64,000 nt of DNA from a virus. Shown here one piece after another: positions 45,929 through 56,047 of the stretch (position 1 is the stretch's first letter; the number at the start of each line of letters is the position of its first letter). The DNA lies in the IMG/VR virus record IMGVR_UViG_3300027969_000042, positions 96,001-160,000 of that record. The stretch is one strand, 5' to 3'. A program made the translations under genes and the position numbers. The notes under the pieces are model-generated. The model was not told the origin of the DNA. It ran no database searches and saw only the letters and a program-made list of their open reading frames with translations.

Positions 45929-46618
45929 TTATTTTGTAAAGAAACTTTTCAAATGGGTCATTGGATTAGAATCATTTTTTTCAGAATCATCACCATCAAA
46001 ACTACCATCATGTGTAGCAAGTCCAAAATCCTCTTCTGGATTATTGTGTCCTGCAATAAAATCAAATACTTCTTCAATATCATCTTTAGAAGATGTAATA
46101 TGATCAGAAGCCCAATCATGTTCTGTTAGCATTGCATCGATTTCTGATTTATCCATTTTTAATAATTCATCAACTAATCTTTTGATAGTTTCTAAATTAC
46201 TAAAAAACATATAATTCTCTTGTTCACTATGTTCTTTAACTGCTTTAAGTTTACTTAAAGTTTTTGCCAACTCTAATCTTCTTTTTTTAGTAGCATCTTT
46301 TTTATCTAATTGAGTACCCGGTTTTTTCTTATCTTTATCCTTAGCTTTTAATTTAGAAAGTTCTGAGTCTATTTCTTTCTTAGAAATCTTTTCATCATCT
46401 TTTTTACCTAAAGATTTTTTTAATGCACCAGGATGTTTAATTGCATCTTTGATCCAATTTTTCTTCTCATTGAATTCTTCTGAGTTTTCATCAGTTAGTT
46501 CATCAGTTAGTTCATCTGTTTCCTCATCTTTTTCACCATAACACATACAATGTTCAATTGGATCTTGACAATTCATACACATTTCCTCTTTATCGAAATT
46601 CTCAAATTTCTTAATCAT
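45929..46618 (-). CDS. Highly charged hypothetical protein with capsid-targeting-like termini
   Basis: Starts MIKKFENF; WIKDAIKHPGALKKSL..RLELAKTL; ends LKSFFTK. Confidence 0.8.
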   Translation of the reverse strand: MIKKFENFDKEEMCMNCQDPIEHCMCYGEKDEETDELTDELTDENSEEFNEKKNWIKDAIKHPGALKKSLGKKDDEKISKKEIDSELSKLKAKDKDKKKPGTQLDKKDATKKRRLELAKTLSKLKAVKEHSEQENYMFFSNLETIKRLVDELLKMDKSEIDAMLTEHDWASDHITSSKDDIEEVFDFIAGHNNPEEDFGLATHDGSFDGDDSEKNDSNPMTHLKSFFTK

Positions 46619-46648
46619 AACTTTTTAATTATTTTTATATACTATATA

Positions 46649-47554
46649 TTAAAGTTTTTTATCGAATAAATATAAATCATATAAAGCATTACCTTTTACA
46701 TTCTTAATACTTTTTAAAACATCACCAGTTATAGAATCAAGTACTTTAAAAATACCTAAATTTACTTGCTTATCAGTTAAAACTCTAACTGTATTACCAG
46801 GTTGTCCTAATGCACCTAATACAGCAATATACTTATTACCATAAATACTTTTTAAGAATGATATTCTTAGACCCGCCATATCTTTATTGTTATTTACATA
46901 AACATTTTCAAATGGTTTCATTAAGTCTAATTTAGATTCTTCTGTTTCTTTAACTTGTATAGAAGCAAAAGTTTTATCTTTTTCACCAATAGTAACTTCT
47001 TCTCTGTTTTGAATTTTGTTCTGATTTACAAGTGCTTGTTGATTTCTTCTAATTTCATTGAAATCTGCTCTAACAACAATACCACCTCTCATACCTTTAT
47101 CATTCATATTATAACCTGTGGGAGGCAATCTATAGAACGATCCAGTAAAAGTCATAGAAAGTATCCTATCTGTTCTAAAAAGTCTCCAAATCTTATTTAT
47201 ATGTCTTCTTTGAGATACTGACCATCCATTTAAGTGCCAACCTCTCAATAACATCTTACCTTTAGATGAACGTCCAAGTACCATAGGGTATATAACTCTC
47301 TCGTGACCAGCAAAGTGTTTATCTTTTTCTCCTTTGTAGTTTAGTAAAAACATCATACCATATTTGATGGCTTTAGTCATTATTTGATCAGAATATTTAA
47401 TCGGTTGATTGATAGGTATATTCGCAATATCCTTAACATTCTTTAATGAAAAACGTGGAATATACTCATTATCTTCTATTAAGTTATAATGTTCTTTAAG
47501 AACAAACTCAACAGGTTTATTATTATAAAAGTCTCTAAGTTGTTTTAAATTCAT
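46649..47554 (-). CDS. WYL-domain-containing protein
   Basis: LNY....ERVIYPMVLG...LLRGW...WRLFRTDRILSM fits the WYL R.FR.DRI signature. Confidence 0.65.
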   Translation of the reverse strand: MNLKQLRDFYNNKPVEFVLKEHYNLIEDNEYIPRFSLKNVKDIANIPINQPIKYSDQIMTKAIKYGMMFLLNYKGEKDKHFAGHERVIYPMVLGRSSKGKMLLRGWHLNGWSVSQRRHINKIWRLFRTDRILSMTFTGSFYRLPPTGYNMNDKGMRGGIVVRADFNEIRRNQQALVNQNKIQNREEVTIGEKDKTFASIQVKETEESKLDLMKPFENVYVNNNKDMAGLRISFLKSIYGNKYIAVLGALGQPGNTVRVLTDKQVNLGIFKVLDSITGDVLKSIKNVKGNALYDLYLFDKKL

Positions 47555-47587
47555 AAACTATATATTAAATACATAATTCCTAAAAAC

Positions 47588-47619
47588 AAAAAAGAGAAAC
47601 ATTTCTGTTTCTCTTTTTT
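47588..47619 (-). terminator. Intrinsic terminator
   Basis: AAAAAAGAGAAAC-ATTTCT-GTTTCTCTTTTTT. Confidence 0.8.
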
Positions 47620-47663
47620 CACATCAAACAAAATGATTGAAAAATTGTCAGTGTTTTTTTTGA

Positions 47664-47852
47664 TTACTTAACTACTTCAGTAGTTTTAGTAGTATCAACA
47701 GCAGTTGAATCTAAAGCAGTTGAATCAACTTTAGTAGTGTCAACAGCAGTTGAATCAACAGTTGTTGTAGTTGCATCTACAGTTTCAGTTTTTTTGCAAG
47801 ATGTTAAAGAAATTGCAGTGATTGCCATTACAGCGAATAATACTTTTTTCAT
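47664..47852 (-). CDS. Small Bacteroidota-type lipoprotein
   Basis: MKKVLFAVMAITAISLTS-CKK lipobox followed by (V/L)DSTAVDTT repeats; start at 47852. Confidence 0.8.
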   Translation of the reverse strand: MKKVLFAVMAITAISLTSCKKTETVDATTTTVDSTAVDTTKVDSTALDSTAVDTTKTTEVVK

Positions 47853-47970
47853 AGTTTTTTTGTTTTTTAATTTTTTTACATGATTATATATCATGAAAAT
47901 TATCTTTTGTTTAGTAAAAAGTGAAAATATTTTTTTAATATATAGTTCTAATAAAAAACACAATTAAATA

Positions 47971-48693
47971 ATGTCAATAAACAGTAGAGAGGATGCAAAT
48001 AAATATTATCAAGTAGTAAATAAGCTAGTTGATGAGTATATTGATAAGTGGAAGATTAAACCTACTAATTTAAAAAGATATTTAAAGAATGGTTCTGATA
48101 AATTTGAAAAGTTTATAGATAGAAATGGTTTAAAAGATATAAATGGTATTAAACAGGTTATAAATGATGTTATTGAAGATAGAGTTCATATGGAATCAGA
48201 TGGAGTTTTAACATTTGAAAGATTTAAAGTGTTTGAGTCAGATGAATTTAAAATTACTTCAATTATTCAATGTCTTTATAAAGGTATTGGTAAAACTGAT
48301 ATTAAAGCTGAGAAGTTTTTAGCAGATCATTTTGATGCAAATTTAAGTCAGATAGATATAGTTGATACAGATAAACATATGTTTAAAATTAGTAATTGGG
48401 AAAATGAAGATCTATTAGTAATTGTTTACAATAAAGATGAATTTGATATTATTAAAGAGAATATTAAAGAGTATTTGTATGATGAACTTCTTAAACAACA
48501 AATTGATCTAATTGTTGGAGTATCTTTAAAACTAAATACAGTTGTGGATAAAGATAAATTCGATACAGATATAGAATCTAAATTGACTGATAATTTAATA
48601 ACTGATTTAATAAATGATTCTCTTGAGATGAACTATACAAAGTTTGACTTTGAGAAAACGGATGATTATTATCTTTGGATTAAGAAACAATAA
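47971..48693 (+). CDS. Hypothetical protein
   Basis: 240 aa; internal LTFERFKVFES; TTTAATATATA at 47934-47944. Confidence 0.8.
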   Translation: MSINSREDANKYYQVVNKLVDEYIDKWKIKPTNLKRYLKNGSDKFEKFIDRNGLKDINGIKQVINDVIEDRVHMESDGVLTFERFKVFESDEFKITSIIQCLYKGIGKTDIKAEKFLADHFDANLSQIDIVDTDKHMFKISNWENEDLLVIVYNKDEFDIIKENIKEYLYDELLKQQIDLIVGVSLKLNTVVDKDKFDTDIESKLTDNLITDLINDSLEMNYTKFDFEKTDDYYLWIKKQ

Positions 48694-48695
48694 AT

Positions 48696-48722
48696 AAAAA
48701 GAGAGTTTAACTCTCTTTTTTT
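48696..48722 (+). terminator. Intrinsic terminator
   Basis: AAAAAGAGAG-TTTAA-CTCTCTTTTTTT. Confidence 0.8.
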
Positions 48723-48772
48723 ATTATTATGAAAATAATATTTTAATATATACATAAAAACATTAATTATAT

Positions 48773-49792
48773 ATGTCATTTTTATACAAATATGGTACTG
48801 CGAGTAATTACGAATCTAAACGTTGGTCAACCGTACAGAATTTATTAGATCAAATAAAAGATAATAATGCGAATTTGATTTTTGCAAATCATGTAAGAGA
48901 TGCAGTATTTACTTTATGGGAGAGAGTAAGTGATGTTGAAATAACTGTGGCATCTGCTTCATTAGCTTCGCCATATTTTCAAAATCCAAATCCCACAACT
49001 ATTGGAGTTGGTGGTATTCCAGAAGGAACAACATTCTCTACTCCACACACGATACAACAAATGTTTGATGCTCTTTTATATCCATATGCGGCACCAATAT
49101 TAAGTTTATCTACTATAGCCAATAAAGAATATGGTCAACCTCTAAATTCTACAATAACTTGGAGTGTTATTAAAAAGTCTAATACAATTACATCAATTAA
49201 TGTTGATGGTCAAATAATATTTCCAGTAAATGGTGGTGATCAAAGTGGAACAAAGGTAGTAACAGGAACATGGAGTACTCCAGCGGTTTCTACTCCAAAT
49301 ACTTTTACAATGACAGTTAGTGATGGATCAACAACGACAACAAGTACATCGTACGAGTGGATGAATAAAATATATTGGGGAAGATTAGATCTGACATCAA
49401 TATTAAATCCAGACTTATCAGATCCTATTACACGTAATTCACGTATAGCAACAATAGTATCAAATTTTTTCCCTACATCTAATAGTGGAAGTTTACTAAT
49501 TCGAGGATTGACCGGAGCAGGTGTTTCTCCAGGTAATATGTTATCTAAAGTAAAGAATAAAACTTATGCCAATATAAATGGTGCTGGTGGATATTTATTA
49601 TTTGCTTGGCCAAGTAATGTTCCAAATGCAACAACACCTGCATTTTCAGTAAATGGACTTACAAGTACGGGTTTTAGTAGACTATTAACTGGTTTTAGTT
49701 TTATAAACACACATGGTATTATAACAAACTATGAAGTTTGGATATCAAATACTGCACAGAATTCACCATTGAATCCTGTAATAATAAGTTAA
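48773..49792 (+). CDS. Putative virion structural protein (Ig-like/beta-rich)
   Basis: T/S/G/N-rich beta-type sequence; first gene of the tail-fibre operon. Confidence 0.55.
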   Translation: MSFLYKYGTASNYESKRWSTVQNLLDQIKDNNANLIFANHVRDAVFTLWERVSDVEITVASASLASPYFQNPNPTTIGVGGIPEGTTFSTPHTIQQMFDALLYPYAAPILSLSTIANKEYGQPLNSTITWSVIKKSNTITSINVDGQIIFPVNGGDQSGTKVVTGTWSTPAVSTPNTFTMTVSDGSTTTTSTSYEWMNKIYWGRLDLTSILNPDLSDPITRNSRIATIVSNFFPTSNSGSLLIRGLTGAGVSPGNMLSKVKNKTYANINGAGGYLLFAWPSNVPNATTPAFSVNGLTSTGFSRLLTGFSFINTHGIITNYEVWISNTAQNSPLNPVIIS

Positions 49793-49810
49793 AAAAAATA
49801 TAGAATATAA

Positions 49811-52800
49811 ATGTCACAAAATATAGGAACTTTAGTATCATCCGCAATTCGTCCAAATGATTCATTAGATCAAATTGCCTCAGCATTTGCCAATGAAATA
49901 AAAGGTGGTGCTCACGGGTATGAAACGTATGATGATATGAATAACATAATAGAAGCGAGAAGAGAATGGGGAATGTTAGTAACTGTTTATAATGATTCCG
50001 ATTCTGATCTTAACGGCACATATCAGCTTAAATATGGTAATACTAATAACAATGTGTTCGATATATTAGATAATTCAAATTGGGTAAAACTCAATTTAGG
50101 TGATAATGCATCAACTGAATGGGTTGACTCAGTAATTTCAATTCTAAGTATTGAGCCTACATTAGAACCTTTTCCAGGTGACAGATACTTATTAGCAACT
50201 ATACCAAATTTACTTCCATCAGGTACAAACTGGGATAATTATTCATACGGAACAATAATTGTAGAGTATAGTAACATAGGTACATGGAAGCTTACTATTC
50301 CAACTAATGGTATGACTGTTAGAGTTGATAATGATGATAATTCAATTTATAAATATGAGGGTAATTATCCTACTGGAATATGGAAACAAGAGAAGACAAC
50401 ACAAGTATTTTATATTGAACCAACTTCAATAGGTGGTTTAACCTACTCAGTAAGTACAGATCCAATATTTAATGCATATAGTAGAGACTTAATATTTTTA
50501 ACTAAATTTAATACTGCTAATACTGGTACTGCATCAATCAATATAAATGGATTAGGATATAGAAATATTAAAATTGCAACTAAAAATGGAGTAAGAGATC
50601 TTATAATAAGTGATATTGTAACAAATGGTATTTATAGTTTAACATATAATGGAACTTACTTTCAAATGACTAAACCATTTCCATCAGATAGTTATAACAT
50701 CGAGTATTATATTGGACCAGGTGAGGTTGTTACTGTTCAAGAATATGAACAATATTGGGTTTATGGTGATTTAACAATAGACGGGGGTGTAATGCAAAAC
50801 TATGGTCATGTAGTTGTGGCAAATGGTTCAGTAAATCTTGTAAATAGTGGAGTTTTTAATAATAATGGGTCAGGTGAGTTGATTTTAGTTGACTTATTTA
50901 ACACTCCTATTTTTAATACAACAGATACTATTCAATTATCATCCGTGATGACCATAAATGGTCCTTCTGTTTCTGCAATAGTTTTAAACAATAGTTTAAC
51001 ACCGTCACATATAAATTCGGTAAATACTGCAACTGCAAGTTGGATTCTTTCTAATAATGGAAGTTCATTTGAGTGGGTTTTACCAACATCAGTTAGTGGT
51101 ACAGTAAGCCAAGGAGTAACAGGTGCAACAGGACCTCAAGGAGCAACAGGACCTCAAGGAGCAACAGGTTCACCAGGAGAAATGGGTGCAACAGGACCTC
51201 AAGGAGCAACAGGTTCACCAGGAGAAATGGGTGCAACAGGAGCAGGTGTTACATCTTCATTTTATTTGAAAGGAACATCTAACTATTCATATGATACAAC
51301 ATCTGATATTTACAGAACTGGATCAATAAATATTGGAACAGGAACTGCTACTGATGGTAGATTTGTTGTTTCATCTTCTGGTGGTACGACTTCACTAGTA
51401 GTTGATGAAAGTGGAAATATTTATAACTATAGTATTAATCTTAATACTAAGTTTGGTTATCAATCATTAAATTCTGTAACAAGTAGTTTCATATCTATGG
51501 GTCAATTTAATGTAGCAATTGGTTATCAATCATTATATTCCACTACATCTGGTGCTAGTAATACGGGACTTGGTGTGATTTCATTATATTCAAACACAAC
51601 TGGATATAATAATACTGCTCTTGGTTTTATTTCATTAAGTCAGAATACAACTGGATATAATAATGTTGCGATTGGAAGTAATACATTAAGTAGTAACACA
51701 ACTGGATATCTTAATACTGCACTTGGAAACGCGGCATTATTTAAAAATACAACTGGATATTATAATATAGCACTTGGTTTTTATTCGGGTAGTACTATAT
51801 CAGGAACAGGAGATATAAATACAGGAATTGGTGTAACAAACTCAAATAATTCTATCTTTATAGGTTATGATACAAGACCTTCTGCAGGAAATAATACAAA
51901 TGAAATAGTAATTGGACATGGTGCCACAGGAAATGGTTCTAATACAGCTACTTTAGGTAATAATGATATAACAAAAACGTATCTAAAAGGCACAATAAAT
52001 GGAGATTCTTTTGTAAAAAATGGTGGAACTTCATCTCAATATTTGATGGCCGATGGTAGTGTATCATTAGGACCAAGTTTTTCAGGATTGCCTCTTTCAG
52101 GAGGAACATTAACAGGTCCATTAAGTGGAACTAGAGCATCTTTTTCACAATCATCATCTTTAGATACATTATTTGCGTATAATGGAACAACTAATGCAAC
52201 GGCTATTAGTGGTGGTGCTGCTAATGGTATTAGTGGATATTTTGCAAATAATTCAACTACAAATCCTGTACTGAAATTATTAGGTTTATCTTCAACTACA
52301 CTGATTGATGGTAGAAATACTAGTGATGTAACTACTTTTTCTGTAACATCAGCTGGTAAAGTAACCGGAACTTCTTTTGTAAAAAGTGGTGGAACTTCAT
52401 CTGAATATTTGATGGCCGATGGTTCAACAACTATAGTAAATAGATTGTTTAATTTCTCTTCTAATACTTACCAAACTGTTTCTGGAACTGTATCAGCTAC
52501 TTCCTCTGTAATGTCTTCAAGTATATTTAGTACTGGTGATGTATTAAGAGTGCAAAGTATAATTACTTTAAGTGTTGCTTCTACAGCTACTGCATCAATT
52601 TCATACTTTATAAATTCCACCGAATCACTTATTGGTGCCACACAAATAGCTACTTATGATGGACCAGTAGGTAATAGATTTATATGGACAGATAGAAATT
52701 TCTGGTCAGTAGGAGGAACGTTTAATTCAAGAAATTTTGGAAACTCATCACAGACATCGGTATCTAATAGTAGTGCGTCATTAGGATCAGTTGCAATACC

Positions 52801-52885
52801 AAGTACATTTTATATATTAGTAACTGTAAAAACAACTGGAACTGATTTGGCATGTATATCCTCAGTTGTAATACAAAAATTATAA
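49811..52885 (+). CDS. Tail fibre / adhesin-like protein with collagen-like and NTTG repeats
   Basis: GATGPQ/GATGSPGEM collagen tract; repeated N.A(L/I)G..SL.SNTTG.N units; duplicated FVK.GGTSS.YLMADGS. Confidence 0.75.
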   Translation: MSQNIGTLVSSAIRPNDSLDQIASAFANEIKGGAHGYETYDDMNNIIEARREWGMLVTVYNDSDSDLNGTYQLKYGNTNNNVFDILDNSNWVKLNLGDNASTEWVDSVISILSIEPTLEPFPGDRYLLATIPNLLPSGTNWDNYSYGTIIVEYSNIGTWKLTIPTNGMTVRVDNDDNSIYKYEGNYPTGIWKQEKTTQVFYIEPTSIGGLTYSVSTDPIFNAYSRDLIFLTKFNTANTGTASININGLGYRNIKIATKNGVRDLIISDIVTNGIYSLTYNGTYFQMTKPFPSDSYNIEYYIGPGEVVTVQEYEQYWVYGDLTIDGGVMQNYGHVVVANGSVNLVNSGVFNNNGSGELILVDLFNTPIFNTTDTIQLSSVMTINGPSVSAIVLNNSLTPSHINSVNTATASWILSNNGSSFEWVLPTSVSGTVSQGVTGATGPQGATGPQGATGSPGEMGATGPQGATGSPGEMGATGAGVTSSFYLKGTSNYSYDTTSDIYRTGSINIGTGTATDGRFVVSSSGGTTSLVVDESGNIYNYSINLNTKFGYQSLNSVTSSFISMGQFNVAIGYQSLYSTTSGASNTGLGVISLYSNTTGYNNTALGFISLSQNTTGYNNVAIGSNTLSSNTTGYLNTALGNAALFKNTTGYYNIALGFYSGSTISGTGDINTGIGVTNSNNSIFIGYDTRPSAGNNTNEIVIGHGATGNGSNTATLGNNDITKTYLKGTINGDSFVKNGGTSSQYLMADGSVSLGPSFSGLPLSGGTLTGPLSGTRASFSQSSSLDTLFAYNGTTNATAISGGAANGISGYFANNSTTNPVLKLLGLSSTTLIDGRNTSDVTTFSVTSAGKVTGTSFVKSGGTSSEYLMADGSTTIVNRLFNFSSNTYQTVSGTVSATSSVMSSSIFSTGDVLRVQSIITLSVASTATASISYFINSTESLIGATQIATYDGPVGNRFIWTDRNFWSVGGTFNSRNFGNSSQTSVSNSSASLGSVAIPSTFYILVTVKTTGTDLACISSVVIQKL
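51111..51245 (+). repeat. Collagen-like Gly-X-Y tandem repeats (18-nt and 45-nt units)
   Basis: GGTGCAACAGGACCTCAAGGAGCAACAGGTTCACCAGGAGAAATG-like unit repeated. Confidence 0.9.
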
Positions 52886-52898
52886 ACAATAGAAATCT

Positions 52899-53639
52899 AT
52901 GAAGAAATATTTTGAATTTGTACAAGCTGATTTTGAACCAGTAAAATCATTTCATTTAAAAGATGAATTGAATCCTAAATTATGGACTGATTTTGAACTT
53001 GATCAAGAGGTTAGAGAAGATTTATTAAGAATTGCACAAGACTTTTATAATTCTACCGATTTAAACGTAGATGTTAAAGATGTCATTCTAACAGGTTCAT
53101 TATCAAACTATAACTGGTCAGAAAAATATTCTGATTATGATTTACATATCTTAATAAACTTCAATGAAGTAAGTGAAGATGTTGAACTAGTTAAAAAATA
53201 TGTTGATGCTGCGAAAAACAACTTCAATAAAGATCATGACATTTTAATAAGAGGTTATGAAGTAGAAGTTTATATACAAGATGTTTCAGAACCACATAAA
53301 GCAACTGGAATGTTTTCATTACTCAACAATAGATGGATTGTAAAACCAGAGAAAGTTGATTTTACACCTGATGATGATGAAATCAGAGAGAAAGGTAAGT
53401 CAGTAATGATGCTGGTTGATGATTTAGAAGATGAAGTAGACGAAGATAAGTACGAACAATTTAGTGAAAAGATTAAAAAAGTTTGGGAGAAGATAAAAAA
53501 CTACAGAAAAAGTGGTTTAGATAGTGAAGGTGGTGAACTTTCATTAGGTAATTTAGTATTTAAACTACTAAGAAGAAATGGGTATATTGAAAAAGTTATG
53601 AAACTTAAAAGATATGCTTATGATAAACAATTTGAATAA
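52899..53639 (+). CDS. Pol-beta-superfamily nucleotidyltransferase
   Basis: LTGSLSNYNWS..SDYDLHIL (GS...DxD) and VEVYIQD. Confidence 0.75.
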   Translation: MKKYFEFVQADFEPVKSFHLKDELNPKLWTDFELDQEVREDLLRIAQDFYNSTDLNVDVKDVILTGSLSNYNWSEKYSDYDLHILINFNEVSEDVELVKKYVDAAKNNFNKDHDILIRGYEVEVYIQDVSEPHKATGMFSLLNNRWIVKPEKVDFTPDDDEIREKGKSVMMLVDDLEDEVDEDKYEQFSEKIKKVWEKIKNYRKSGLDSEGGELSLGNLVFKLLRRNGYIEKVMKLKRYAYDKQFE

Positions 53640-53641
53640 TT

Positions 53642-54346
53642 ATGAACATTAGAATATCAGAGATAGAAGAAGCATTTAAAGAGATTTTCAGTGAAGAAGA
53701 AGGTGTAGTTACATCAATCGACACCGTTTATGAAAAGTCTGATGATGGGCAGTTTTTAAAACTTGTAATTTGTTTACACGGTTTATCAACTGAAGACATA
53801 TCTATTATACACACCAAATTTATATTTAAAACTGATCTAAATAAAAGAAATATTATAGATAATTCATTTATTTACTTATATGATATAAACTGTGTTTATC
53901 ATAAAATAGAATTTACTAGTATTATTGATATGAAAAAGAAAATTGATGATATTATTGAATCAAATAACTTTGGAGAAGATATACAAATACTTTCCGACTT
54001 TATTGAAGCACCTGCGATGTTCTTAAATTACTATATGAAAAGAGCAAAGATTACCGAGTATTCAGTATTTGAAGTTGAGTATGAACCTAAGTTTAAAATG
54101 GTTTCTTGTGATAAAACTACATTCGACTTTAAAGTAAATATAAATAATAGTTATGATATTGAATTATCAATACATAAAATTGATAAAGACATTACAGAAG
54201 ATCCAGAAGATCAGGATAAATATAAATTCCAATTTAGATTTATGGATGAAATAGAAACGATTGAAGTTGATGGAATAAAAAACATTCACTATTTAATTGG
54301 TTCAAATATTGCCAAATTATTAGATAGAAAATTAAAAAATCAATAA
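53642..54346 (+). CDS. Hypothetical protein
   Basis: 234-aa ORF in the operon. Confidence 0.8.
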   Translation: MNIRISEIEEAFKEIFSEEEGVVTSIDTVYEKSDDGQFLKLVICLHGLSTEDISIIHTKFIFKTDLNKRNIIDNSFIYLYDINCVYHKIEFTSIIDMKKKIDDIIESNNFGEDIQILSDFIEAPAMFLNYYMKRAKITEYSVFEVEYEPKFKMVSCDKTTFDFKVNINNSYDIELSIHKIDKDITEDPEDQDKYKFQFRFMDEIETIEVDGIKNIHYLIGSNIAKLLDRKLKNQ

Positions 54347-54351
54347 AAAAT

Positions 54352-55053
54352 ATGAGTAGAATTAAGAAATATGAGGACTTTCTAAACGAAGGTAAAATTA
54401 CACAATTTGTATTAAAAACATTACTTAATACAAGTGGATATATCCAATCTATTATTAAAAGAATAAAAGGTACTTATATACCATTTACTTTCAAAGATAA
54501 AAAGGTGGAAAATGATTTTGAAAATAAAATGTTTGAACTATTTGATTATTCAGTATTTGATACTATTAAATACCATTTTACTAAAAATCAAAAAGAAATG
54601 GCAAATAAAACATCACTTTCTGATTTAATCAAATCGAGAACTGGTGTTGATGTTTATCAATTATCGGACTCTATTTTAGGTCTATTAAAAATAGAGAATA
54701 TTAAAGTTGCAGAAGGTAAGGAAGAAGAAGCAAATAAAGTATTACAAAATGCAATAGATACCACTAAGAAAATGATTTCATTTATTAAAAAGATTGATGA
54801 TGAAATTGAGGATGATAGACAATTTATGAAAGATCTTAAAGATTTAGGAGAATTATTTAAAGGATTAGATCCAAGAACTTCAAATCTAAGAGATAAAGAT
54901 GATACTTTAGCTGCGTTTGATAAAGTTGGTAGTAAACTAGATGATATGCAAGAACCAAAAGAATTAGATGATATACTTGATAAGATAAGTAAATTCGGTA
55001 TGAGTTCTTTAACTGAGAAAGAAAAAGATGATTTAGAGAAGTTAAGTAAATAA
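54352..55053 (+). CDS. Protein with capsid-targeting-like N-terminus and C-terminal DUF6576-like motif
   Basis: Starts MSRIKKYEDFLNEG; ends LDDILDKISKFGMSSLTEKEKDDLEKLSK. Confidence 0.75.
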   Translation: MSRIKKYEDFLNEGKITQFVLKTLLNTSGYIQSIIKRIKGTYIPFTFKDKKVENDFENKMFELFDYSVFDTIKYHFTKNQKEMANKTSLSDLIKSRTGVDVYQLSDSILGLLKIENIKVAEGKEEEANKVLQNAIDTTKKMISFIKKIDDEIEDDRQFMKDLKDLGELFKGLDPRTSNLRDKDDTLAAFDKVGSKLDDMQEPKELDDILDKISKFGMSSLTEKEKDDLEKLSK

Positions 55054-55055
55054 AT

Positions 55056-55082
55056 AAAAAAGAGGATTATAAATCCTCTTTT
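55056..55082. terminator. Bidirectional intrinsic terminator
   Basis: AAAAAAGAGGATT-ATA-AATCCTCTTTT. Confidence 0.85.
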
Positions 55083-56032
55083 ATTTCTTCTTTGATATTT
55101 AACATTTTTCCAGTTTCTGGATCATAATTCATAATCAGTAATTCAATACCCTTTTCCTTATCAACTCCCTCTACTTTATTCTTAATAACTGCAGATGGTC
55201 TATGAAACTCTTTTGAAGTCCAAAGATACTCGTCTCTTGGTAATAATTCTTCTAATAAAGGAAAATAGTAATATGATAATGACCATCTACTTTTAGAACT
55301 CTTTAATAATTCTAATAAACGTCTATGTGAAGAAATCCCAAAGGTGTTCTCTGTGTCACAACCATACCAAAATAATCTTCTACCATCATCATCATTTTTT
55401 AAGTCGTTAAAACGAGCGTAAGGTGGGTCTAAATACATGTATGTATCGTCTGCATCATACATTGTGATAACATCTTCAAAGTCTAAATTATGAAAGTCTG
55501 TAATTTTTTGTAACCTTTCAGTGTATTTGTTTTTTTCTAATTTATTGATTAGAATTAAAAGATTTAATTTGTTTGTTTTTTTCTTAAATCCAGTAAAACC
55601 ACCGCCTCTTGGATAAACAGAACTAAAGCTTGATGTAATTAGGAATGCGTAAATCGCGCCTACTTTAAAATCACCAATCTCAAAGTTCATATCATCTAAG
55701 AAATCATTAGTAACATAAGTTCTATAAATAGCTTTAAAGAAATCCCATTTTTTATCTAATTCAGTTTCAGTAGTGTAAAGTAAACCACCTGGTGCTAATA
55801 AAGATTTAAGTTCTACTAAAAAATCTTGTGGTTGAGAACAACATTTCATTAGATTCGCTTGATGTCTGTTTCTATCATTAAATACAACATTAGTAAACTC
55901 TAAATTAGAATCTAAATATATTGCGAATGAACCAGAAAATGGTTCGATGTATGTTTTACAATCCGTTGGAATGTTAGGTGTGATAAAGGATTGAAAGTTT
56001 GCCTTGCCCCCAAAATAGCTTATGACGCTCAT
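55067..56032 (-). CDS. dam: DNA adenine methyltransferase (Dam/D12 class)
   Basis: YFGGK, YIEPFSGS, ND, YLDPPY and SY motifs. Confidence 0.9.
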   Translation of the reverse strand: MSVISYFGGKANFQSFITPNIPTDCKTYIEPFSGSFAIYLDSNLEFTNVVFNDRNRHQANLMKCCSQPQDFLVELKSLLAPGGLLYTTETELDKKWDFFKAIYRTYVTNDFLDDMNFEIGDFKVGAIYAFLITSSFSSVYPRGGGFTGFKKKTNKLNLLILINKLEKNKYTERLQKITDFHNLDFEDVITMYDADDTYMYLDPPYARFNDLKNDDDGRRLFWYGCDTENTFGISSHRRLLELLKSSKSRWSLSYYYFPLLEELLPRDEYLWTSKEFHRPSAVIKNKVEGVDKEKGIELLIMNYDPETGKMLNIKEEIKEDL

Positions 56033-56047
56033 TTTTTTTATTATTTT

